Shown here: in pieces, positions 15,719-24,604 of the stretch
How positions within the stretch are numbered: the stretch's first letter is position 1
How the letters are laid out: the number at the start of each line of letters is the position of its first letter
From: Candidatus Rokubacteria bacterium RIFCSPLOWO2_02_FULL_72_37
GTDB taxonomy: Bacteria; Methylomirabilota; Methylomirabilia; Rokubacteriales; CSP1-6
Assembly: GCA_001790315.1 (NCBI GenBank)
Contig: MGCE01000040.1
Span: 1-38,097, forward strand
Length of the DNA: 38,097 nt
Reading direction: 5' to 3'
Position numbers and translations under genes: made by a program
The notes under the pieces: generated by a model
Told to the model about the DNA's origin: nothing
Database searches by the model: none
What the model saw: only the letters and a program-made list of their open reading frames with translations

Positions 15719-15930
15719 GCCCGACCCGGAACAACGCGGGTTACTCGCGCCGCTCCCAGGCCGTGCCGGCGGGCGTGTTGGGCAGACCGATCGTTCCTAC
15801 CTCCTCGAGTTCGCCGGGTCAGTGCCGGGAGAAGGATGAGACCAACTGTTGATGGTCGATGGGAGCTGAGCTAAGCTCCGTCTGACTCTTCATCTGCGAC
15901 CCATTCCGGCTGCGCGGAGGGCTCGGTATC

Positions 15931-18012
15931 GTGGTTCGCCGACCGGCGGTGACCCGCAGTCTGCAGTTGCTCCGACGCGTTCGGCGCCTCGTGCTCGTTG
16001 CATGCCTGGGGGTTGTAGCCGCCCCGACCGAAGGGCCCGCGGAAGAGGCGCGTGCCGCGCCGGGCGCGACTGAAAAGCAACGGACCGGAGACCTGACCGA
16101 GCTGCCGCTCGAAGCCCTGATGGAGCTGGAGGTCACCTCCGTATCGAAGAAACCTCAGCGGGTCGCCGACGCGGCGGCGGCGATCTACGTACTCACGCAG
16201 GAGGACATTCGCCGCTCGGGAGCGACGAGCATCGCGGAGGCGCTGCGGTTGGTCCCCGGGCTCTACGTCGCTCGGATCGGTTCGAACGCGTGGGCCGTGA
16301 GCGCCCGGGGCTTCACGGGGCGCTACAGCTCGCAGTTTCTGGTCCTCGTGGACGGCCGCGCCGTCTATACGCCGACCTTCTCGGGCGTCTTCTGGGAAGT
16401 CGTCGACACGGTTCTCGAGGACATCGAGCGCATCGAGGTGATCCGGGGACCCGGGGCCGCGCTCTGGGGCGCGAACGCCGTGAATGGCGTCGTCAACATC
16501 ATCACGAAGCGCGCGCACGACACACTGGGCGGGTTGGCGACCTTCGGCGCGGGAACCGAAGAGCGGGGCTTCGGGACTCTTCGATACGGCGCGAAGCAAG
16601 GGGATGTCGCGGTTCGCGGCTACCTCAAGTATTTCAATCGTGACGAGTTCGTCCTCGACACGCCGCAGCACGACGGCGCGGCGGACGCGTGGGAGATCTT
16701 CCGGAGCGGATTCCGCCTGGATGCCGACGTCAGCGCGCGCGACACGGTGACGCTGATCGGAAACTGGCACAAGGGGACGGTCGGCGAGACTGCCCTGGTC
16801 TCGGATCTGATGGCGCCCACTCCCGTTGGCAAGGAGTTCGTCAATGGGGTCGAGGGTCTCGACATCACGAGCCGGTGGGTCCGAGCGATCTCACAGGCCT
16901 CGAGTCTCCAACTGCAGCTCTACTACGATTGGTTGCGCCGGGAGGACTTCCGGATCCACCTGTCCATCAGAACCTACGACGCCGACCTCCAGTATCGCTT
17001 TCCGGTGGGCACCTTCAACGACGTGATCGTTGGCCTCGGCTATCGCCATTATCATCTCGACTCGACGGCGGGGCAGTTCATCGGCATGGTGCCTCCTACC
17101 GCTGATCTGCACCTGTTCAGCGCCTTCGTCCAGGACGACGTGAGCATCGTCAAGAACGTTCTGCACCTGATTCTCGGGACGAAGCTCGAGCACACGACCT
17201 ACACCGGGCTCGAGTGGGAGCCGAACGCGCGGCTCCTGTGGACTCCCACGACGGGGCACACGCTGTGGGGCGCGGTGTCTCGCGCCGTGCGGACCCCCTC
17301 GATCGGCGAGCGCCAGCGCACCTTGACGTTCGTGACTCCGCCCGGACCGGGTGTCCCGGTTCCTACGGTCTTCGTCATACGCCCTGATTCGCAGACCGAT
17401 GGGGCCGAGTCGGAAAAGCTGCTCGCGTACGAGGTCGGGTACCGGACGCAGGTCCGTCCCGGGCTGACGTTCGACGTCGCCGCTTTCTATCATCGATACA
17501 CGGACCTGATCCTCTCCGAGCTGCAATCGACGACGCTTCAGCCGGCGCCGGTTCCCCATGTGCTCGTCGCGAGCACAACCAAGAACGCCTTCGACAGCGA
17601 GGTGTACGGCTTCGAGCTTCTGGCGGAATTCGAGCCCTTCACGTGGTGGAAGCTCCGCGGCGCGTACGCGTTCCTGGCACGCCAGGACGACAGGCGCGTG
17701 GTCACGATCCAGACCACGGACGCGAACCGGAGCCCGCAGTCCGTGGCCCACGTGCGGTCGCTGCTCGACCTCGGCCGCGGCTTCGAGCTCGACGTCGTCG
17801 CGCGGTACGTCGGTAACCTGCCCGAGGGGAATGCGCGCGAGTACTTCGAGCTCGACGCACGACTCGGCTGGCGCTCGCGCGCGGTCGAGCTCGCGCTCGT
17901 CGGCCGCAACCTCGTGCACGCTCAGCACCTCGAGTACAACAACGTGGCGCTGGGACCGGTGCCGGTCGGGGTCCAGCGAGAAATGCTCTTCAAGGCGACG
18001 CTCAGGTTTTGA
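15931..18012 (+). CDS. TonB-dependent outer-membrane receptor
   Basis: GGAGGG SD plus GTG start, and a signal peptide. The plug region reads LPLEALMELEVTSVSKKPQRVADAAAAIYVLTQEDIRRSGATSIAEALRLVPGL...IEVIRGPGAALWGANAVNGVVNIITK. A beta-barrel follows, ending in the terminal ...TLRF. Confidence 0.9.
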   Translation: MVRRPAVTRSLQLLRRVRRLVLVACLGVVAAPTEGPAEEARAAPGATEKQRTGDLTELPLEALMELEVTSVSKKPQRVADAAAAIYVLTQEDIRRSGATSIAEALRLVPGLYVARIGSNAWAVSARGFTGRYSSQFLVLVDGRAVYTPTFSGVFWEVVDTVLEDIERIEVIRGPGAALWGANAVNGVVNIITKRAHDTLGGLATFGAGTEERGFGTLRYGAKQGDVAVRGYLKYFNRDEFVLDTPQHDGAADAWEIFRSGFRLDADVSARDTVTLIGNWHKGTVGETALVSDLMAPTPVGKEFVNGVEGLDITSRWVRAISQASSLQLQLYYDWLRREDFRIHLSIRTYDADLQYRFPVGTFNDVIVGLGYRHYHLDSTAGQFIGMVPPTADLHLFSAFVQDDVSIVKNVLHLILGTKLEHTTYTGLEWEPNARLLWTPTTGHTLWGAVSRAVRTPSIGERQRTLTFVTPPGPGVPVPTVFVIRPDSQTDGAESEKLLAYEVGYRTQVRPGLTFDVAAFYHRYTDLILSELQSTTLQPAPVPHVLVASTTKNAFDSEVYGFELLAEFEPFTWWKLRGAYAFLARQDDRRVVTIQTTDANRSPQSVAHVRSLLDLGRGFELDVVARYVGNLPEGNAREYFELDARLGWRSRAVELALVGRNLVHAQHLEYNNVALGPVPVGVQREMLFKATLRF

Positions 18013-18545
18013 GAGGGAGGCGCGGCATCAGAAGCGTAGCGCTTCTTGCCTCGGTCGCGATCTTCGGCGCCGGCGCGCTGGCGCAGGGCGCCCCCCTGGA
18101 GGATTCGAGCGTCAAAGCGGCGATCCTCTTCAACGTCGCGCGGTTCACCGAGTGGCCCGCGGCGGCGTTCGGCAGCGAGGCCGCGCCCGTCGTCCTGTGT
18201 GTCCTCGGGACCGATCCGGCCGGTGCGCTGGGGCGCCTCGAGGGAAAGCTCCTGAAGGGGCGGTCGCTCAGCGTCCGCCAGGGCGCGGAGGTGCGTCTGG
18301 GTCAATGCCACATCGCGTACATCAGTCCCGAGCGGCCGAACCTCGGTGAAGTCCTCAAGGCCGTCGAGAAGCTCACCGTCCTGACCGTCAGCGACATCGA
18401 TCGGTTCGCGCGCAAGGGCGGCATGATCGGCCTCGTCAACGAGGGCGGCAAGATCCGCTTCGAGGTCAACCTCGGCGCGGCCGAGCGCGCCGGACTCAAG
18501 CTCAGCTCGAGGCTGCTCCAGCTGGCGAGCATCGTGCGGAACTGA
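18009..18545 (+). CDS. YfiR/DUF4154-like periplasmic protein
   Basis: Signal peptide. The stretches VKAAILFNVARFTEWP, LTVSD and GGMIGLV..GGKIRFEVNL..A...GLKLSSRLLQLA fit my recollection of the YfiR family. A TTG start overlaps the receptor stop (TTGA). The start codon is uncertain. Confidence 0.65.
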   Translation: MRGRRGIRSVALLASVAIFGAGALAQGAPLEDSSVKAAILFNVARFTEWPAAAFGSEAAPVVLCVLGTDPAGALGRLEGKLLKGRSLSVRQGAEVRLGQCHIAYISPERPNLGEVLKAVEKLTVLTVSDIDRFARKGGMIGLVNEGGKIRFEVNLGAAERAGLKLSSRLLQLASIVRN

Positions 18546-18546
18546 G

Positions 18547-20868
18547 ATGCGCCGATTCCGCGACTTCTCGATCCGGGCGAAGCTCACGACCATCGTGGTC
18601 GGGACGACGGCCCTGGTGCTCCTGTTGGCCTCCGCGGGCTTCGTCGTCAGTGGCGTCCAGAACGTGAAGCAGGCGATGATCCGCGAGCTGGCGGCGCTGG
18701 CCGATGCCATCGGCACGAACACGGTCGCGGCGCTCGTGTTCCACGACGCCGCCGCGGCCCGCGAGACGCTGGCGGCGCTCCGCTCCCAGCCCAACGTCAT
18801 CAACGCCCAGGTCCTCTCGCCGGCCGGCGATGTCTTCGCCAGCTTCACGGCTGTGGAGACGTCGGATCCCCCGGCGGCAGTGATTGGACCGGAGGTCAGG
18901 CACCTGGTGGAGACGCGCGCTGACGGCACGTACGCGTGGGGCCACAGCCTCACCGTCGTCCGGCGCGTCAGGCTCGACAACGAGAGCGTCGGGTTCATTC
19001 GTATCGAGGCGAACCTGGATCGGGTGACGGCGGCGGTACGCAGCGTCCTGATCACCGTGAGCGCGGTCGCGATCCTCCTCCTGGGGGTGGCCCTGGCGGT
19101 CGGGTATCGCCTGCAGCGGCTGGTCTCCCAGCCCATCGTGAAGCTGACGTCGACGATCTCGGCGGTCGGTCGGGACAAGGACTACACGCTCCGGGCCGAG
19201 AAGACCTCCTCGGACGAGCTCGGTGTCTTGATGGACGGGTTCAACGAGATGCTGGCGCAGATCCAGTCGCGGGATGAGCAGCTGGCACGCCAGCGCAACG
19301 AGCTGGAAGACCTGGTGACCGTGCGGACCGCCGAGCTGCAGCGGGCGGTCGTGGCGGCCGAGGAGGCGAACCGGACGAAGACGACGTTCCTGGCCAACAT
19401 GTCGCACGAGCTCCGCACGCCGCTGAACGCGATCATCGGCTACAGCGAGATGCTTCAAGAGGAGGTGACCGAGGCGGGCGACGAACGCTTCGCCCGCGAC
19501 CTCCAGCGGATCAACGCCGCGGGCCGGCATTTGCTCGAGCTGATCAACGCCGTCCTGGACCTGGCGAAGATCGAGGCGGGCAAGATGGAGCTCCACCTCG
19601 ACAGCTTCGCCGTCGCGACGATGGTGGACGAGATCGCGGCCGTCATCGAGCCCCTGGCGCACCAGCACCGGAACGCGTTCCACGCCCGTCTCGAGGGCGA
19701 CGTCGGAGTCATGAGGGCCGACCTCACCAAGGTGCGCCAGGTCCTGCTGAACGTGCTGAGCAACGCCTGCAAGTTCACGGAACAGGGCGAGGTAGCCCTG
19801 GTCGTTGGCCGCGAGACGCTCGAGGAGCGCGAGTGGCTGACCTTCCAGATCATCGACAACGGCATCGGCATGACCGAGGCGCAGCTCGGTCGGCTGTTTC
19901 AGGAGTTCGCGCAGGCGGAGGATTCCGTCGCGGGCAAGTACGAGGGGACGGGACTCGGGCTGGCGCTCAGCCGGAAGATCTCCTGGATGATGGGCGGCGA
20001 CATCACGGTCGTGAGCGAGCGGGGGCGCGGAAGCGCATTCACGGTCCGGTTGCCGGCGAGTGTCCCCGACCAGAGCGGCGAGGAGAAGCGCGACGACGGA
20101 TCGGCGCGCCTGCCGGGATCGGCGGGGACGGTCCTCGTCATCGACGACGAGCCGGCCGCGCGGGACCTGATGCGCCGATTCCTGGTCGCGGCCGGCTTCG
20201 CAGTCGCGACGGCGGGCGACGGCGATGAAGGCCTCCGGATGGCCGCGGAGATGCGGCCGGACGTCATCACCCTGGACGTGATGATGCCGGGGCGTGACGG
20301 CTGGGCCGTCCTCGCGGCGCTGAAGGCCAGCCCGGAACTGGCGGACATCCCGGTCGTCATGGTGACGGTCGTCGGCGAGCGCAATCTGGGATTCGCGCTC
20401 GGCGCGGCCGACTACCTGACGAAACCGCTCGACCGGCCCCGGTTGACGGCGGTGCTGCGAAAGCATTGCCGGGGGCGCTTCCGTGTGCTGATCGTGGACG
20501 ACGACGCCCAACTCAGGCGCCAGATACGGCAGGCGCTCGAGCAGGACGGGTGGTTGGTCGTGGAGGCCGCGAACGGCGTGAGCGCCCTCGAACGGCTGCG
20601 CGAGGAGTCGCCGGCCCTCATCCTGGTGGATCTCGCGATGCCGGCACCGGACGGGTTCGAGTTCCTGGCCTCCATTCACGACCACGACGAGTGGAAACGC
20701 ATCCCGGTCGTCGTCCTGACGCCGGAGCGCCTGTCCGACGAGGAACGCCTGCGCCTGGGGGGGCAGGTCGCGAGGATCCTCGAGCAACGGACGTTCAGCG
20801 CGGAGAGGCTGCTGGGGGAGATCCGGGCGCTGATCGGCTCTCCCGAGAAGGGGCGTCGCCATGGCTAG
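18547..20868 (+). CDS. Hybrid sensor histidine kinase: TM-CHASE8-like periplasmic domain-TM-HAMP-HisKA-HATPase-REC-REC
   Basis: The N-terminal region AIGTNTVAALVFHDAAAARETLAALRSQPNVINAQVLSPAGDVFASF resembles CHASE8. H-box NMSHELRTPLNAIIGYSEML. ATPase G-boxes DNGIGM and GTGLGLALS. Two receiver domains (VITLDVMMPGRDG and LILVDLAMPAPDG). Confidence 0.85.
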   Translation: MRRFRDFSIRAKLTTIVVGTTALVLLLASAGFVVSGVQNVKQAMIRELAALADAIGTNTVAALVFHDAAAARETLAALRSQPNVINAQVLSPAGDVFASFTAVETSDPPAAVIGPEVRHLVETRADGTYAWGHSLTVVRRVRLDNESVGFIRIEANLDRVTAAVRSVLITVSAVAILLLGVALAVGYRLQRLVSQPIVKLTSTISAVGRDKDYTLRAEKTSSDELGVLMDGFNEMLAQIQSRDEQLARQRNELEDLVTVRTAELQRAVVAAEEANRTKTTFLANMSHELRTPLNAIIGYSEMLQEEVTEAGDERFARDLQRINAAGRHLLELINAVLDLAKIEAGKMELHLDSFAVATMVDEIAAVIEPLAHQHRNAFHARLEGDVGVMRADLTKVRQVLLNVLSNACKFTEQGEVALVVGRETLEEREWLTFQIIDNGIGMTEAQLGRLFQEFAQAEDSVAGKYEGTGLGLALSRKISWMMGGDITVVSERGRGSAFTVRLPASVPDQSGEEKRDDGSARLPGSAGTVLVIDDEPAARDLMRRFLVAAGFAVATAGDGDEGLRMAAEMRPDVITLDVMMPGRDGWAVLAALKASPELADIPVVMVTVVGERNLGFALGAADYLTKPLDRPRLTAVLRKHCRGRFRVLIVDDDAQLRRQIRQALEQDGWLVVEAANGVSALERLREESPALILVDLAMPAPDGFEFLASIHDHDEWKRIPVVVLTPERLSDEERLRLGGQVARILEQRTFSAERLLGEIRALIGSPEKGRRHG

Positions 20869-21238
20869 GATCCTCCTCGTGGAAGACAACGAGATGAACC
20901 GCGACATGCTCTCGCGCCGGCTGATGAAGCGGAGCCACGAGGTCATCATCGCCGTCGACGGGCGCCAGGCTCTGGAGATGGCGGAAGCGCGCGTCCCGGA
21001 CGTGATCCTGATGGACATGAGCCTGCCGGTCCTCGACGGCTGGGAGGCCACCCGGCGTCTCAAGGCCCTTCCTGCGACCCGGGCGATCCCGATCATCGCA
21101 CTCACGGCGCACGCCCTCTCCGGAGAAAGGGAGAAGGCCCTGGCGGCCGGCTGCGACGAGTTCGACACCAAGCCGATCGATTTCGCCGCGCTGCTGTCGA
21201 AGATCGACGCACTCCTCGCCCGGAGGCCAAGCGCGTGA
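20861..21238 (+). CDS. Single-domain CheY-like response regulator
   Basis: RILLVEDNEMNRDML...DVILMDMSLPVLDGWE...IIALTAHA...DEFDTKPI is a canonical receiver. It overlaps the kinase stop by 8 nt. Confidence 0.85.
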   Translation: MARILLVEDNEMNRDMLSRRLMKRSHEVIIAVDGRQALEMAEARVPDVILMDMSLPVLDGWEATRRLKALPATRAIPIIALTAHALSGEREKALAAGCDEFDTKPIDFAALLSKIDALLARRPSA

Positions 21239-21269
21239 CCAGGTCCGGGCACGGCGGGAGGCGGCGCGC

Positions 21270-22973
21270 ATGACGGGCCGCGCCCGCGTGCTGATCGTCG
21301 ACGACGATGCGACGAACCGCGATCTGCTCGTCCGCATGCTCGAGCGGCACGGACTCGCCACGGCCGTCGCCGAGGACGGCGACCAGGCGCTGCGGATGGT
21401 CGCGGGCCAGCGGTTCGACCTGGTCCTGCTCGACATCATCATGCCGGGGATGAGCGGCCACGAAGTGCTCGGGCGCCTCAAGGGCGACGACGCGCTTCGC
21501 CATCTGCCCGTGATCGTCATCTCGTCGCTCGACGACCTGGAGAGCACGACCGCATGCATCGAGCTGGGCGCCGAGGATTATCTCCTGCGGCCGTTCAACT
21601 CGACGATCCTCCGCGCCCGCATCGACGCGTCCCTCGAGCGGAAGCGTCTGTACGACGAAGAAGCGGCGGTCCGGCGCCGGCTCGAGGCGTTCAACGAAGA
21701 GCTCGAGGTCCGGGTGCAGGAGGCGACGGCCGAGCTTCACCGTCGCCTCCGCGAGCTGACGGGCATGATCGACGTGGCGCGATCGATCATCTCCGTCCTC
21801 GAGCTCGACAGCCTGCTCGCCGGCATCATGCGGCTGAGCAAGGAGGTCATGAACGCCGAGGCGAGCTCGCTGCTGCTGGCCGATCCGGAGACGCGCAGCC
21901 TCCGGTTCCACGTCGCCACCGGCGCGGCGGGGAAGGCGATCGAAGGGCACACGGTGAGATTCGGGCAAGGGATCGCCGGGTACGTCGCCGAGACGGGGGA
22001 GTCGGTCCTGATCGCCGACGCCTATGAGGACCCGCGATTCGACCCGGGCTTCGACCGGCTCTCCGGATTCCGGACCCGCTCGATCCTGACCGTGCCGCTC
22101 AGGACCACGGAAGGCATCGTCGGGGTCGTGCAGGTCATGAACAAGATCGGTCGCGAGTCCTTCGACGTGCACGACCTCGAGCTCTTCGAGTCGTTCGCGA
22201 GCATGGCCGGCATCTCGCTGCACAATGCGAGGCTCTTCGAGCGCCTCCGCCGGATGGCCGACGACCTGCGTGTCGCGCTCGAGAAGGAGCGGTGGCTCTC
22301 GATCGAGAAGGAGAAGATGCGCGCCTACATCCCCAGGAACGTCGTGGACGAGATCTCGCGCAATCGGGAGCAGAAGCTCGCGCTGGGGGGCAAGATCGTG
22401 GACGCCACGGTCCTCTTCGCGGACATCCAGGGGTTCACGCGGTTGTCCGAACGCCTCCCGCCCCAGCAGATCGTCGGATTCCTGAACGAGTACATGACGG
22501 CCATGACGTGCCTCATCGAGGCCGAGGGCGGCATCATCGACAAGTTCATGGGCGACGGCATCATGGCGATCTTCCTGCCCCGCGACGCGGGCGACAATCA
22601 CGCGCTGCGCGCGGTGCGTGCCGGACTTCGCATGCAGGATGGGCTCAAGACGCTGAAGGAAGGGTGGCACGAGCGCCGGCCGGAGATCGCAGAGCTCACG
22701 GCGCGCATCGGCGTCAACACGGGCGAGATGGTCGCGGGCAACGTCGGCTCGGAGACCCGCATGGACTACACGGTCATCGGCGACAACGTCAATCTCGCCT
22801 CGCGGATCGAGTCGAACGGCCGGGGAGGCGAGGTGCACGTCAGCGGCGCCGTGCACCGGCTGGTCGCCGGGCACGTCGCGGCCCACCCCCTGGGCAGCAT
22901 CAGCGTGAAGAACCGTATCCAGCCCGTGCAGGTCTATTCGGTGAGCGGGCTCTCCGAGGCCGGGCGCCAATGA
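21270..22973 (+). CDS. REC-GAF-class III adenylate/guanylate cyclase
   Basis: GGGAGG SD. Receiver domain (LVLLDIIMPGMSG) and a GAF region. Cyclase motifs ATVLFADIQGFT, IDKFMGDGIMAIF, GVNTGEMVAGNVGS and VIGDNVNLASRIES. Confidence 0.85.
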   Translation: MTGRARVLIVDDDATNRDLLVRMLERHGLATAVAEDGDQALRMVAGQRFDLVLLDIIMPGMSGHEVLGRLKGDDALRHLPVIVISSLDDLESTTACIELGAEDYLLRPFNSTILRARIDASLERKRLYDEEAAVRRRLEAFNEELEVRVQEATAELHRRLRELTGMIDVARSIISVLELDSLLAGIMRLSKEVMNAEASSLLLADPETRSLRFHVATGAAGKAIEGHTVRFGQGIAGYVAETGESVLIADAYEDPRFDPGFDRLSGFRTRSILTVPLRTTEGIVGVVQVMNKIGRESFDVHDLELFESFASMAGISLHNARLFERLRRMADDLRVALEKERWLSIEKEKMRAYIPRNVVDEISRNREQKLALGGKIVDATVLFADIQGFTRLSERLPPQQIVGFLNEYMTAMTCLIEAEGGIIDKFMGDGIMAIFLPRDAGDNHALRAVRAGLRMQDGLKTLKEGWHERRPEIAELTARIGVNTGEMVAGNVGSETRMDYTVIGDNVNLASRIESNGRGGEVHVSGAVHRLVAGHVAAHPLGSISVKNRIQPVQVYSVSGLSEAGRQ

Positions 22974-24520
22974 CGATCGATCCGGTCGCGCGTCTCCGTC
23001 ACGACCTCCGCACGCCGCTGAACCACGTGATCGGGTACTGCGAGATGCTGCTGGAGGAGATCGACGAGTTCCCGGAGTTCGCCGAGGAGCTGCGGCTCAT
23101 CCATCGCCAGGGGCATCGCCTGCTCGCGGTCGTCGGCGAGCTCCTCGCCGGGGCCCAGGGAGCGGGGACTCGTCTCCCGCCGGTGCCACCCGAGGCCGAG
23201 GCCGCGCTGCGTGAGCTGGTCGCCGCGCACGACCGGCTGCGCGATCGAGCCCCGGCGGTCGGCGCGGACCGCCTCCTGCCCGATCTCGCGAGGATCGGGG
23301 CGGCCGTCCGACAGCTTGCCGTGCTCCTCGGCCTCGCGTCCGCGGACGCGGCCTCCGGCGGCGCGGCCGCGCCGGAGGCGGCGGGCGCCGACTCGACGTC
23401 GGACGCTCGCGGGACGATCGTCGTCGTCGACGACAACGAGGGCAACCGCGACGTGCTGGCGCGGGGTCTCGCGCGTGAGGGCTACCGCGTCCACGTGGCG
23501 TCGGGCGGTCTCGAGGCGCTGCAGATCCTGCGCCGCGCGACGATCGATCTGGTGCTGCTCGACGTCATGATGCCGGAGGTCGACGGGTACGAGGTGCTCA
23601 AGCGCATCAAGGCCGACGGGCGCCTCCGCGACATTCCCGTCTTGATGATCTCCTCGCTCGATCAGATCGAGAGCGTGGCGCGCTGCATCGAGCTCGGGGC
23701 GGACGACTACCTCACGAAGCCCTTCAGCCGGGTGCTCCTTCGGGCACGGATCGGTGCCTGCCTCGAGCGGAAGCGGCTCCACGACCAGGAGCTCAAGCAC
23801 CTCCAGGAGCTGGCCGAGTGGAATCGCCGCCTCGAGCAGCGCGTCCAGGAGCAGGTGGCGCAGGTCGAGCGGCTCGGCCGGCTCAAGCGCTTCTTCTCGC
23901 CCCAGCTGGCCGAGCTCATCGTGGCCGGGGGCGCGGACGACCCGCTGAAGGCGCACCGGCGCGAGATCACGGTGGTGTTCCTCGACCTCCGCGGCTTCAC
24001 CGCGTTCGCGGAGACGGCGGAGCCGGAGGAGGTCATGAACGTGCTCCAGGAGTACCACGCCGAGATGGGCCGGCTCATCGTCGAGCGCGAAGGCACGCTC
24101 GAGCGCTTCACCGGTGACGGGATGATGGTCTTCTTCAACGATCCGGTGTCGGTCGAGAACCCCGCCGAGCGCGCCCTGCGCATGGCGGTGGCCATGCGTG
24201 AACGCGTCCAGGCGCTGTCCCGCGCGTGGCGCAAGCAGGGTTGGGATCTCGCCCTGGGCGTGGGCATCGCTCAGGGCTACGCCACGATCGGCGCGATCGG
24301 CTTCGAAGGGCGCCGCGACTACGGCGCGATCGGCACCGTCACGAACATGGCCGCCCGGCTCTGCGGCGAGGCCAAGGGCGGTCAGATCTTCGTGTCGTCC
24401 CGCGTCGTCGCGGCGGTCGAGGGAATCGTCGTGGCGGAGGAGGTGGGGCCGCTCAGCCTCAAGGGCCTGCTCCGGCCCATCCCCACGTTCAACGTTCTTG
24501 GATTGAGACCGGGCGCCTGA
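22970..24520 (+). CDS. HisKA(DHp)-only domain-REC-class III nucleotide cyclase
   Basis: ATG 22970 overlaps the upstream stop (ATGA). The H-box RLRHDLRTPLNHVIGYCEML has no downstream HATPase motifs. A low-complexity linker follows, then a receiver (LVLLDVMMPEVDG), a coiled linker, and cyclase motifs ITVVFLDLRGFT, LERFTGDGMMVFF and IGTVTNMAARLCGEA. The 5' part of track ORF 22292..24520 is an out-of-frame overlap with the upstream gene. Confidence 0.8.
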   Translation: MTIDPVARLRHDLRTPLNHVIGYCEMLLEEIDEFPEFAEELRLIHRQGHRLLAVVGELLAGAQGAGTRLPPVPPEAEAALRELVAAHDRLRDRAPAVGADRLLPDLARIGAAVRQLAVLLGLASADAASGGAAAPEAAGADSTSDARGTIVVVDDNEGNRDVLARGLAREGYRVHVASGGLEALQILRRATIDLVLLDVMMPEVDGYEVLKRIKADGRLRDIPVLMISSLDQIESVARCIELGADDYLTKPFSRVLLRARIGACLERKRLHDQELKHLQELAEWNRRLEQRVQEQVAQVERLGRLKRFFSPQLAELIVAGGADDPLKAHRREITVVFLDLRGFTAFAETAEPEEVMNVLQEYHAEMGRLIVEREGTLERFTGDGMMVFFNDPVSVENPAERALRMAVAMRERVQALSRAWRKQGWDLALGVGIAQGYATIGAIGFEGRRDYGAIGTVTNMAARLCGEAKGGQIFVSSRVVAAVEGIVVAEEVGPLSLKGLLRPIPTFNVLGLRPGA

Positions 24521-24604
24521 GCCGCGCGTTCATCTGGCCGAGGCCCTGGCCGCGCGCCTGCGTGAGACGCTGCGCGAGACGATGGGGAGGCACCACCACC
24601 GGGA

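Noticed and set aside
15719-15930. Possible cobalamin or other riboswitch in the 212 nt leader of the TonB-dependent receptor
   Set aside because: I looked for the B12-box and GCCACTG-type core. I found only loose resemblances (cagtgccgggagaagga, gagaccaactg) and no convincing conserved core or pairing scheme. A covariance-model scan would settle it.
18502-22970. 916 aa and 622 aa minus-strand ORFs (18502..21252 and 21102..22970)
   Set aside because: They are antisense to the kinase, receiver and cyclase genes, which carry canonical H-box, G-box, REC and cyclase motifs. The antisense products are Arg/Asp/His-rich with no motifs.
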